33,123 nucleotides of DNA from a candidate division WWE3 bacterium UBA1397 (GTDB taxonomy: Bacteria; Patescibacteriota; WWE3; UBA101185; UBA10185), in assembly GCA_002305205.1 (NCBI GenBank), contig DBQJ01000009.1, positions 31,818 to 64,940 of the forward strand, in the 5' to 3' direction. Positions 16,655 to 24,983 of this stretch are shown here, piece by piece (within the stretch, counting starts at the first letter, position 1; each line of letters begins with the position of its first letter). Both the position numbers and the translations under genes were made by a program. The notes under the pieces were generated by a model, which did no database searches, had not been told where the DNA came from, and saw nothing but the letters and a program-made list of their open reading frames with translations.

Positions 16655-17129
16655 ATTCTTTTTTTAGATAGCAAAGGGCCATTGCCACAGCATCATTTGC
16701 ATCATCTGATTTTATCACTTCTTTCAGAGATAGTGTCTTTCTTACGGCTTCCTGCATTTCTTTTTTGTCTGATCTCCCGTATCCTGTCAATACTAACTTT
16801 GCCTGTAAAGCAGTATATTCAAACATTTTCAGATTATTATCTGCTGCCGACAGCATTACTATCCCCCTTGCCTGACCTACTATCATTGCAGTTTTAGCAT
16901 TAGTATTAAAAAATAATTTCTCAATTACGATAGAATCAGGTTTATGTGAATCAATAAGTTCATTTATATTCCTATACAGCTGGAGAAGACGATTCTGTTG
17001 ATCTTGATCAGGTTTAGTAATAAAAACGCCCGATTTTATTAATTTAATCTTATGCGGTGATTTCTTACTATATTCTAATATTCCATAACCCATCCTCGCG
17101 GTTCCCGGGTCTATTCCGATTACTATCAT
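16638..17129 (-). CDS. ruvC: Holliday junction resolvase RuvC
   Basis: MIVIGIDPGTARMGYGIL with the conserved acidic residues. Classic yebC-ruvC synteny, with a 4-nt ATGA overlap with yebC. Confidence 0.9.
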   Translation of the reverse strand: MIVIGIDPGTARMGYGILEYSKKSPHKIKLIKSGVFITKPDQDQQNRLLQLYRNINELIDSHKPDSIVIEKLFFNTNAKTAMIVGQARGIVMLSAADNNLKMFEYTALQAKLVLTGYGRSDKKEMQEAVRKTLSLKEVIKSDDANDAVAMALCYLKKEYDIAI

Positions 17130-17674
17130 GACAACTCATCCGGCAGAATAAAGTTAACAAAAACATCCTGTACATCGTCATGGTCATCCAACTCTTCTAG
17201 AAGCGAGATCATTTTTTTTGCTAAATTCGTATCATCAATTTGTATAGTGAAGGAAGGGGTATCCGGATTAGGACTAAATATGTATGACGTGCTTCCCGCT
17301 CCCCCCATGGATCCACCGAATTTATTAAGTATATTTCTTATCTCAGCTACCGTTCTGTTCTTATTGTCAGTTAATGCTTTTATATAAAATGCTTCTCCGT
17401 TAGGTCCAAAGGCTTCATAAACTGCTTCATAGAAGACACCGTCCCCTCCCTGCCCGCTTCCTTTCTGTATAGCCTTCTCGATATTCTCCCTGGGCATTCT
17501 GGCTTCCCTTGCTTTCTCCACTGCCAGCCTTAAAGATGGATTGGAATCGGGATCAGCTCCGTTTTTTGCTGCAACAATGATTAAACGGCTTACTTTAGAG
17601 AATATCTTGCTTTTCTTAGCATCGGTGACTTCCTTTTTCCTTTTGATATTGGCCCATTTTGAATGTCCGGACAT
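17126..17674 (-). CDS. yebC: YebC/PmpR-family protein (short form)
   Basis: MSGHSKWANIKRKK..., NPSLRLAVEKAR..., YEAFGPNGEA and DDVQDVF. 182 aa against about 240 aa typical. Confidence 0.88.
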   Translation of the reverse strand: MSGHSKWANIKRKKEVTDAKKSKIFSKVSRLIIVAAKNGADPDSNPSLRLAVEKAREARMPRENIEKAIQKGSGQGGDGVFYEAVYEAFGPNGEAFYIKALTDNKNRTVAEIRNILNKFGGSMGGAGSTSYIFSPNPDTPSFTIQIDDTNLAKKMISLLEELDDHDDVQDVFVNFILPDELS

Positions 17675-17702
17675 AAATTCTATCTTACCATCTTTTATCT
17701 AA

Positions 17703-17730
17703 TTGACAAAAATTTTATATTTATTATTCT
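17703..17730 (+). promoter_or_regulatory. Candidate promoter TTGACA-N16-TATTCT, 7 nt upstream of ATG 17738 (leaderless geometry)
   Basis: TTGACA at 17703-17708 and TATTCT at 17725-17730. No SD between the promoter and the ATG. Confidence 0.35.
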
Positions 17731-17737
17731 TGTACGC

Positions 17738-18418
17738 ATGCATTCAAGCATAGCTGTACTGTCTAAAAAGGCAATTGACGCGGCACTAAAGGCAAATTGG
17801 GCCGAAGCTATAGATATTAATACCCTAATACTGGAGAAAAATCCCCTTAATATTGATGCTAAAATACGTTTGGGAAGAGCTTTCATTCAGACCAGAAAAT
17901 TTGATAAGGCCAAAAAGATATTTAGGGATGTATTAAAAACAGATCCGATAAACCCGGTAGCTTTAAAAAATCTCGAACTGGCAAAAAAGTGCAAAGCAGA
18001 AACAAAAGGACAGGTGCAGATAGATACTAAATCACTTCTTAAAGAACCGGGAACAACATCCGAAGCTTATTTTGATATAAGTGCTAAAGGAATAACATCA
18101 AAAGATTTTATTTCCGGAGAAGGTTTGTCATTGAAAATAAAGAAAAGATCTATTGAGGTATTTAAGATAAAAGACTGCAAAAAAACCTATATTGGAGAGA
18201 TCCAAGATCCCATAATCGTACAAAAAATGAACATAGCCCAGGAAAGAGAAGCCAGAATTCATGCAGGATTTCTCAAGGGTTCTGATAAACACGTTACCAT
18301 TCTTATTAAATCATCCATTCCGGTATTTAAAGCAGATAAACAAGATGTGAGACCATACTTTAAGAAAGGAACTCTCGAAGAACCTGAGGCTGAACAAGAA
18401 GAAGAAATAACTGAGTAA
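17738..18418 (+). CDS. TPR-containing hypothetical protein
   Basis: The ORF track starts at 17663, but its first 25 codons lie in AT-rich promoter DNA and begin in a palindrome shared with the yebC start. ATG 17738 begins MHSSIAVLSKKAIDAALKANWAEAI (TPR-like helices). It has an acidic C-terminus. Confidence 0.6.
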   Translation: MHSSIAVLSKKAIDAALKANWAEAIDINTLILEKNPLNIDAKIRLGRAFIQTRKFDKAKKIFRDVLKTDPINPVALKNLELAKKCKAETKGQVQIDTKSLLKEPGTTSEAYFDISAKGITSKDFISGEGLSLKIKKRSIEVFKIKDCKKTYIGEIQDPIIVQKMNIAQEREARIHAGFLKGSDKHVTILIKSSIPVFKADKQDVRPYFKKGTLEEPEAEQEEEITE

Positions 18419-18422
18419 TATA

Positions 18423-19226
18423 TTACCTCAAATCATCATCGGTTAATATATTAGCAACATATTCTTTTTTATCATTTTTAACCTCAGAGGCCTTCTCTAC
18501 CCTCTTATCTTCCTTTTTAGGAGCGGGCTTGAACTTATTCTGAGGAATATGAACTCTTCCTTCATCTTTCTTTCTTATATTTTGAATATTATCTTTATTC
18601 CTCTCCTTACTCTTTTTACTATTGTCACTATTTATTTTCTCATTATTTGAAACTTCCTTTTTCCCATGCTCTTTCATTTTTATATCCTTCTTAGTCTCTT
18701 CCTTCCTTATAATTCTGTCCAGTGCCGCATATGGTGCGTTTTTATTATTCAGAGGTATAAATCCTACAGCTTCTTCATTTAAAGAAGCCTGATTAAATTC
18801 TGCAGAAGTATCGGATATTCTATAAGTACCGCTGTCAGACAACAGGTACCACTTCCCTTCTTTCTTGGACAATACACCTTTTATCTCCAACCTTTCTTCC
18901 TTTGTAATCTGTTTAAATACTTTTTTTCCATCCTCCTCAACAATTTTTAAACGATCCCCATACACCAATCTTGATTTAGCTGCGTAATTAGCCGGTACTT
19001 CGTGTTTTTCCCCGCTGTCTGCTATTAGATATAAGCCGTCAAACGTGCCCTCAACACCGGGCATTTTTTTATACATCTCTTTCTTTTGCTCATGTTCTAT
19101 CTTTTCAATAATTTGGGAGATTTTATCTATATTTCTTCTTAATGAAAGCGTCGCTTCTTTTAGCTGAAACAACCTTCCTTGTGATATATCGTCACTAGAA
19201 TAATTATCGTTATTTTCTTCGGGCAT
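18423..19226 (-). CDS. Hypothetical protein with a Lys-rich C-terminal tail ending DDDLR
   Basis: 267 aa. Its start is 5 nt after the upstream ATPase stop, consistent with a coupled operon. A central globular region of about 110 aa is followed by a highly basic, low-complexity tail of about 90 aa. Confidence 0.7.
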   Translation of the reverse strand: MPEENNDNYSSDDISQGRLFQLKEATLSLRRNIDKISQIIEKIEHEQKKEMYKKMPGVEGTFDGLYLIADSGEKHEVPANYAAKSRLVYGDRLKIVEEDGKKVFKQITKEERLEIKGVLSKKEGKWYLLSDSGTYRISDTSAEFNQASLNEEAVGFIPLNNKNAPYAALDRIIRKEETKKDIKMKEHGKKEVSNNEKINSDNSKKSKERNKDNIQNIRKKDEGRVHIPQNKFKPAPKKEDKRVEKASEVKNDKKEYVANILTDDDLR

Positions 19227-19231
19227 TTATC

Positions 19232-21793
19232 TTATTCCTTTCTATTTAAATTTATATCAACGGTATTAGATTCCCCTACCGTCTTATTCTCTCCCATCTT
19301 ATTCTTATATTCTTGAGCAATAGCCATACCCTTGTCAAATTTAGTTTCCACCCACTTAAATATTTTACTCTCAACAAACTCCCTGGGGACTCCGTACTTC
19401 TCTCTGCTTAGATTTATAACTTTCTCTTTATTATTTGTTTTAGGTACTAAAAATCCATCCTCCCAAGGAATTAATATTCTAGCTGAAAAAGGATGGGATG
19501 TCATACCGTTCATCATCAGCTTAATATATATTTGGAATCTCTCCAGTGAGATGATGTCTTCTTCATTAAAGTAAGGGGCAAATTCATGGGCTAATTCCTT
19601 TGCATCTGGCGCCCCTAAAGAAAATGTTATTATTGTCCCCACATTTCCATATACTGCTTTTAGTAGTGATTCGGGCAGTTGTGCTGTAAATTGATGCGTA
19701 AGATATAATCCCAGCTTGTATTTTCTTGACTCCGATAATATTTCTTCAAAACTACCTGTAGCAAAATTCTGGAACTCGTCTACATACAGATAGAAGGGCT
19801 TTCTATCCTCATAGGGTATCTTAGCTCTCTGAAGTGCATAAAACTGCAGCCTGGAAACTAAGAGAGCCCCTAGAAGGTTGGCATTATCTGTACCTATCTT
19901 CCCCTTTGATAGATTCATCAGAATTATTTTTCCATTATTCATAGCATCCCATAAATCTAAAGTTGATTCTCTTTGTCCTAATATGTTTCTAATCGTAGTG
20001 GATGCTAAAAATCTATTTACTTTATTCTGTATGGGAGATATTGATTCAGTAACCAGTTTTTGATTCCCTTTCATATCCCTGAATTCCTGCTCCCAAAATT
20101 TTATTACTAAAGGATCCTTAACTTGATGAAGAATATACTTTTGGTAATTAATATCCTCCATTAATCTTGTAATACCAAGCATAGTGGTTCCCGGTACTTC
20201 CAGAAGCGTTAATATTGCATAATTAAGTAAATACTCCAGTCTAGGACCCCATGAATAATCAAAATGCTGTTTAATTGCAGATACCAACCCCGACGCTAAG
20301 AGGTTTTTTTGGGACGGATCATCCAGCTGCATTAAATTTAAACCGATTGGTCTTTCCGTATCAGACGGATCAAAATAAATGATGTCGTTAATTCTATTAT
20401 CGGGGATGCGGTTCAATACTCTTTCTATAGTCTCTCCGTGTGGGTCTAAAACACCCACTCCTGCTCCTCTCATAATATCCTGGGATATCATTGATTCAAA
20501 CAATGTGGATTTTCCTGTTCCTGACTTACCAATAACATACAAATGTCTTAGCCTGTCTTCATCATTTTTTAGCCCAAATTTTATTCTTTCATTCCTAAAT
20601 ACTGTTTCCCCTATAAGACTTGCATCTTGTATGGGAAGATTAGGAGGTGGTTCGGATTTTCTGGAATACACCCATGATATATTTGGAGTATCAATATTTG
20701 AAAGGGGGAAATGAAAAAAAGTAGCCAATTCTTCAGTTGTTAAAATCACTGATTTATCTTTATCAAATAACCTATTCTGATAATCACTCACTATTCTTCC
20801 CACATTGCTTTCAAAATGAGAGGAGAAGGAATTGAGGTTAACCGCAGAAAATTGTTTAAAAGATGCGAATACTGACCTTAAATTAGATTCTACTTTTTCT
20901 TCACTCTCTGCTGATGCAATTATTCTAATAACTGTCTGGTAGCCCATACGGGATAATTTATTCTCTATTGATCGTAATTCGGTTTCCTGTCCGGCGGGTA
21001 CTTTTACTGCAATTTGTTTATCTGCTGCAGCTGCTGCTTTCTTTGCATCTTCAGGGCTCATGGGAAGCGTAAAAGCACCTATTGCCGTACCCTTGGCTAT
21101 TCCAACTGTCTCTCTGCCTAAAGCATCAAAAAAGGTCTTAAAGAATGATGGATTTCCCTCCGGTTTACCTTCACGAATTGATTTCACATAATTAAATCCC
21201 TCTTTTTGCCATGTGTCAGCAACGGGTCTTACCAATATCTGAAACCACACCTCCTCCCCTACTCCAATGGAAGATACAGCGGATGTTATTGAAGAGATGG
21301 GATCAATCTCAAAATCCCTAAAAATCTTTATAGGAAAATAGTCAGGTTTAGAAAAAGTTACTGAAACCGCTCCGTATTTGTTTGACTTAGTATCATATTT
21401 TTTTACATAGTCTTCAACAACTCTTATCTGACAAGTGGGGTATTGTGCGTATATCTGCCCTTCAACAAATTTTCTAATATTCTTTGGACAGTAAACAAAA
21501 AACTTTATTCCTTCTGTACCGGAGGCAGCCATTTCAAATGAAATATGTTCTTGGGAAGAAGGATCTTCTTTCAGCAAACCGTGCAATGTTGAAAACATGT
21601 TCTCTGCATATAGAGAAGATGCTTGTACATTGGGGGATTCTTCGTCACTTTTGCTAAGTGTAACTTGAAGGAGTTGCAAGCTTCTTTCTTCTTTTACCAA
21701 CTCAATAGACTCCGGGGTTTTAATACGTAGATATACTACAAAAAGGATGATAATAAATACTGCTATAAATATAAAAATATAAGAAATACCCAT
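19232..21793 (-). CDS. Membrane-anchored FtsK/HerA/VirD4-superfamily P-loop ATPase (type IV coupling-protein-like)
   Basis: Walker A GKSGTGKST (20504-20530), VLDPHGE, Walker B FYLYVDEFQNF and RKYKLGLYLTHQ. One N-terminal TM (ISYIFIFIAVFIIILFVVYL) plus an N-domain of about 400 aa with no recognised family. The ORF-track start (TTG 21886) overlaps the upstream gene, so ATG 21793 is preferred. Confidence 0.8.
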   Translation of the reverse strand: MGISYIFIFIAVFIIILFVVYLRIKTPESIELVKEERSLQLLQVTLSKSDEESPNVQASSLYAENMFSTLHGLLKEDPSSQEHISFEMAASGTEGIKFFVYCPKNIRKFVEGQIYAQYPTCQIRVVEDYVKKYDTKSNKYGAVSVTFSKPDYFPIKIFRDFEIDPISSITSAVSSIGVGEEVWFQILVRPVADTWQKEGFNYVKSIREGKPEGNPSFFKTFFDALGRETVGIAKGTAIGAFTLPMSPEDAKKAAAAADKQIAVKVPAGQETELRSIENKLSRMGYQTVIRIIASAESEEKVESNLRSVFASFKQFSAVNLNSFSSHFESNVGRIVSDYQNRLFDKDKSVILTTEELATFFHFPLSNIDTPNISWVYSRKSEPPPNLPIQDASLIGETVFRNERIKFGLKNDEDRLRHLYVIGKSGTGKSTLFESMISQDIMRGAGVGVLDPHGETIERVLNRIPDNRINDIIYFDPSDTERPIGLNLMQLDDPSQKNLLASGLVSAIKQHFDYSWGPRLEYLLNYAILTLLEVPGTTMLGITRLMEDINYQKYILHQVKDPLVIKFWEQEFRDMKGNQKLVTESISPIQNKVNRFLASTTIRNILGQRESTLDLWDAMNNGKIILMNLSKGKIGTDNANLLGALLVSRLQFYALQRAKIPYEDRKPFYLYVDEFQNFATGSFEEILSESRKYKLGLYLTHQFTAQLPESLLKAVYGNVGTIITFSLGAPDAKELAHEFAPYFNEEDIISLERFQIYIKLMMNGMTSHPFSARILIPWEDGFLVPKTNNKEKVINLSREKYGVPREFVESKIFKWVETKFDKGMAIAQEYKNKMGENKTVGESNTVDINLNRKE

Positions 21794-21807
21794 CTCTAGA
21801 TAAACTT

Positions 21808-21833
21808 CCCCCCACCCTAATTTGGGGCGGGGG
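21808..21833 (-). other. G+C-only hairpin in the junction between the LCP-like gene and the ATPase gene
   Basis: The minus-strand RNA reads CCCCCGCCCC-AAAUUA-GGGUGGGGGG. This gives 3 + 5 G:C pairs around a 2x2 internal loop, with no U-tract. Confidence 0.4.
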
Positions 21834-21860
21834 TAGAAAGGAGAGAGTACTGGGGTAATA

Positions 21861-22928
21861 CTAGTACAGTTGTTCTGAGGTGTCAAATCCTAAAATTACA
21901 ACAATATCTGATCTGTCTATTTCATGCTCCCCTAGGTTTGTACCGTTTTTATCAACTATATTGGGTATACCCAATGCCTTTGATAGATATCTGCATGTTA
22001 AGGAATCTGTATTTTCGGCTATTATGATACTATTACTATAGGGCTGGTCAGAGTTTCCTATGGCCACTACCCTACCCCCGTTATTCTTAACTAATCTGGA
22101 TACTAATGTTGCTACTCCGGGATAATTTGATCCATTTAGTATAGATATGCTTTTATTTTCCTGAGATATAGGTGATTCCAAAGCATAGTCTGAGAAATCC
22201 TGATCAATGGATCCGGGATTTAGCAATCTTTCCTCGTTTAGTACCTCTTTATTTAATCTTTCATTGGGAAGCGACTTTATATAAGAGAAAAGGTTATAGA
22301 ATTCGCTAAATGTCATATCGGTTTTAAATTCCCCGCTTACTTCAATAATATCTTTTATTTTTACTATGTCCAAGAAAGTTCCGTTTGAAAGCATCTCATC
22401 AAATATATTTTTCTGTTCTTCGGATACAACTAAAAATTTATCTGTGTTAAAACCAAATATTTTAAACGTTGTATTTTTTAATACCTTTATTCCATCATTC
22501 AAATAATCATCTGAATTCATACCCCCCAAAGCTATTGTCTTACTTAACTCCTCTTCTCCATACCTACCTGCTATGTCGTATTTAATTTCTGCAGGTATTA
22601 TGTAAGTTGATATATTGTCATTAATACGATCAAAAACAATAAATTTAATTGTCTTTATATTTATCGGTTCTTTGTCTATATCCTCTACTACTACATAAAG
22701 CAGTGTGGGAAAAGTGTCTCCTTTTATGTCATATGGTACTTCTCCCTGTGAAAAGGATGCCATAGCAAATGATTTATTAACATACTTTAATGTGAAATAA
22801 ACACCAAAAAACCCAAGGGATACTAAAAACAAGATAGGAATTAATAACACACGTGTAATCGTTTTCTTAATATTTCTCCCGATTACTTTATTTTTCTTTT
22901 TGGATTTTTGGGCAGAATATCGTCTCAT
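21861..22928 (-). CDS. LytR_C-domain membrane protein, degenerate LCP (LytR-CpsA-Psr)-like
   Basis: N-terminal basic segment plus a TM. A central region resembles the LCP fold, but I did not find the conserved Arg motifs. The C-terminal part, ISILNGSNYPGVATLVSRLVKNNGGRVVAIGN, is typical of LytR_C. Confidence 0.6.
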   Translation of the reverse strand: MRRYSAQKSKKKNKVIGRNIKKTITRVLLIPILFLVSLGFFGVYFTLKYVNKSFAMASFSQGEVPYDIKGDTFPTLLYVVVEDIDKEPINIKTIKFIVFDRINDNISTYIIPAEIKYDIAGRYGEEELSKTIALGGMNSDDYLNDGIKVLKNTTFKIFGFNTDKFLVVSEEQKNIFDEMLSNGTFLDIVKIKDIIEVSGEFKTDMTFSEFYNLFSYIKSLPNERLNKEVLNEERLLNPGSIDQDFSDYALESPISQENKSISILNGSNYPGVATLVSRLVKNNGGRVVAIGNSDQPYSNSIIIAENTDSLTCRYLSKALGIPNIVDKNGTNLGEHEIDRSDIVVILGFDTSEQLY

Positions 22929-22965
22929 ATATTTTCAAGACGATTATATACATGAAATTTATCTT

Positions 22966-23670
22966 TTATAAAGAGAATTCTTTGGGTATTTTTGATGTAA
23001 ATTCTATGAACTTATCTGTCTTAGGATGAAATATACCTATCTTAGATGCATGCAACATCATTCTTCCGAAGTGTATTAGTGATCTTTCGAGTAATATCTT
23101 TGAACAATATATCTGATCTCCTGCGATAGGATTTCCTATTGCTAATGAATGAACTCTAATCTGATGTGTTCTGCCTGTCTTAGGAAGTATTTTCATTAAT
23201 GTGTACCAATATTCTTCTTTTTGTATGTTTTTAATATTTTCAAATCTAGTAAAGGCCTCTTTCCCTCCTTCTACAACTGCATATCTGAGAGGGCTTTTCG
23301 GATTTCTTTTAATCGGAGCATTAATCTCAATAATGGGATCGTCTATCTTTCCGCATAATATTCCTAAATATTCTTTCTGTGTCTTCCTATCTTTAAACTG
23401 ACTTAGCATTTTATTGAAGGTGTCTCTGTTCTTTGCCACAATCAACAAACCCGATGTATCTTTGTCCAAACGGTGTACAATACCCGTTCTTTGAATGAAA
23501 TCATCCTCCTCGGTATCCTCATTTTCCACAATACCCGGAGAACTTTCTTCCAATATATCCTGCAGTGTTTCGGTTTTATTTGTGTGCGATCTATTTACTA
23601 CTAACCCAGACGGCTTATCCAAAACCAATATACTGTCATCTTCATAAATAATATCTATTTTTCTTTCCAT
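22966..23670 (-). CDS. RluA-family pseudouridine synthase (no S4 domain)
   Basis: HRLDKDTSGLLIVAKN catalytic motif, KEYLGI and GRTHQIRVH. Confidence 0.88.
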   Translation of the reverse strand: MERKIDIIYEDDSILVLDKPSGLVVNRSHTNKTETLQDILEESSPGIVENEDTEEDDFIQRTGIVHRLDKDTSGLLIVAKNRDTFNKMLSQFKDRKTQKEYLGILCGKIDDPIIEINAPIKRNPKSPLRYAVVEGGKEAFTRFENIKNIQKEEYWYTLMKILPKTGRTHQIRVHSLAIGNPIAGDQIYCSKILLERSLIHFGRMMLHASKIGIFHPKTDKFIEFTSKIPKEFSL

Positions 23671-23987
23671 ATAGATATTGATATTAACATAATACCCAAA
23701 GTTATTGCTGCATCCCGAATATTAAAATAAAAAAGATTGAAAAAAGATATGTAGTCTTTAATACAACCGGTAGTATAACGTTCATAAATATTAAATAATG
23801 ATCCGAAAATCATAATTAACAACCCCAAATGCCCTATTCTTGTCTTTTTGACATATTTTAAAAAGATAAAGGAAAAGAGAATAAGTACAAACAATGAAAG
23901 AAGAGAGAATTGTTGAGGATTTAATATCCCGGATAATACATAAGAACAGTTGTATTTACTCATTACTATTATCTGAATCGGGTGCAC
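23655..23987 (-). CDS. lspA: Signal peptidase II-like protein, short and divergent
   Basis: The C-terminal half, GSLFNIYERY...DYISF...FNIRDAAITLG, aligns with the LspA GN(L/F)xDR and FN(V/L)ADS motifs. The ORF-track start is GTG 23987, and an alternative ATG at 23963 gives 102 aa. Typical LspA is about 150-170 aa. Confidence 0.65.
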   Translation of the reverse strand: MHPIQIIVMSKYNCSYVLSGILNPQQFSLLSLFVLILFSFIFLKYVKKTRIGHLGLLIMIFGSLFNIYERYTTGCIKDYISFFNLFYFNIRDAAITLGIMLISISIWKEK

Positions 23988-24975
23988 ATTCTATGCATGT
24001 TGTTGCCTCGGGGTATGCTTTCAATCTTGCTTTATCTATAGGCGCTCCGCACCTTTCGCATATTCCATATTTCCCTATTTTAATTGATGCCAATGCCTTT
24101 CTAACCTGAATTCTTAAGCCTTTAACTATATTTTTATTTGCATCATTTACATTTTTTTGATAATCCTCCAATATTGCCTCATCCATAGATTCGGAATTAC
24201 CTGTAGCTCTGTCTGTCTGAAGATAAGGATCCTCATTTATCAGTAACTGCTGCGATTTCTTCAGGGATCTGTCTTTTTTAATCAGTTTGCCCTTAATTCT
24301 TTCTATAAATTCAGAAGGTAAATTTCTTTTATACACGCTAATATTTCTCCTGAGAATAATTGATACTGTACCTATTATAACTAAAATACCATATATTAGT
24401 AAATAGCCGTCTCTCTTAAGAACAAGAATTCCGCTAAATGCAAGGAAAAAACAGAATAATGAAAATATTGTGCCGGATGAAAATCTATATCCCCTAAATC
24501 TAAGAATTTCTAGATAAAAGACAAATATTAAACCTGATAAGGCAAGTGAATTAACATCTCCTAGTACCAATGTTCTTGCTACATAGAATAAAAAAATAAA
24601 TAGGGAAAATGCCATAGAGTAAATATCTAAAACCCTGTATTTTGACCATTTCCATCTCTTTGAGAAGTATAAAACAGGTATCAGAGAAGATAAAAAACAT
24701 AATAACGATACTGTTAATTCATAGTCTAAAGATAAGACGATGCTGTTAGGATGATATAGCTTTATGTTTCTGTATAAAAGTGAATAAAGATAAAAAGAAA
24801 CTGCTGATAGTGTTACTGAAGAAAATGCTAAATCCAATATACTGTCGCTGGAGAAACCATCTTTTCTTCCCTCATACCACACTACAAATACCCAATACAG
24901 TACACCCAGTACGGATGCTAAAAATAAGGTTGGTATTTTATAAAATCCGATTGTTATTTCTCCAGGAATAAGCAT
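23956..24975 (-). CDS. Fusion of a polytopic membrane domain (weakly Lgt-like) to a C-terminal DksA/TraR C4 zinc-finger module
   Basis: The first 220 aa or so hold about 7 TM segments with a loose resemblance to prolipoprotein diacylglyceryl transferase topology. The last 110 aa or so have a coiled-coil followed by CERCGAPIDKARLKAYPEATTCIEC. Confidence 0.7.
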   Translation of the reverse strand: MLIPGEITIGFYKIPTLFLASVLGVLYWVFVVWYEGRKDGFSSDSILDLAFSSVTLSAVSFYLYSLLYRNIKLYHPNSIVLSLDYELTVSLLCFLSSLIPVLYFSKRWKWSKYRVLDIYSMAFSLFIFLFYVARTLVLGDVNSLALSGLIFVFYLEILRFRGYRFSSGTIFSLFCFFLAFSGILVLKRDGYLLIYGILVIIGTVSIILRRNISVYKRNLPSEFIERIKGKLIKKDRSLKKSQQLLINEDPYLQTDRATGNSESMDEAILEDYQKNVNDANKNIVKGLRIQVRKALASIKIGKYGICERCGAPIDKARLKAYPEATTCIECAPDSDNSNE

Positions 24976-24983
24976 TAAAGTAT

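Noticed and set aside
17663-17737. N-terminal 25 codons of the ORF-track TPR protein (MSGHKFYLTIFYL...)
   Set aside because: 17663-17674, ATGTCCGGACAT, is a perfect 12-bp palindrome. The genuine yebC start (MSGH) is therefore mirrored as an ATG on the other strand. The extension is AT-rich promoter DNA, and ATG 17738 is the more plausible start.
21794-21886. TTG-initiated 31-codon extension of the ATPase ORF, overlapping the LCP-like gene by 26 nt
   Set aside because: The extension contains the G/C hairpin and has no membrane or domain logic. ATG 21793 is followed immediately by the TM anchor. The start remains unverified.
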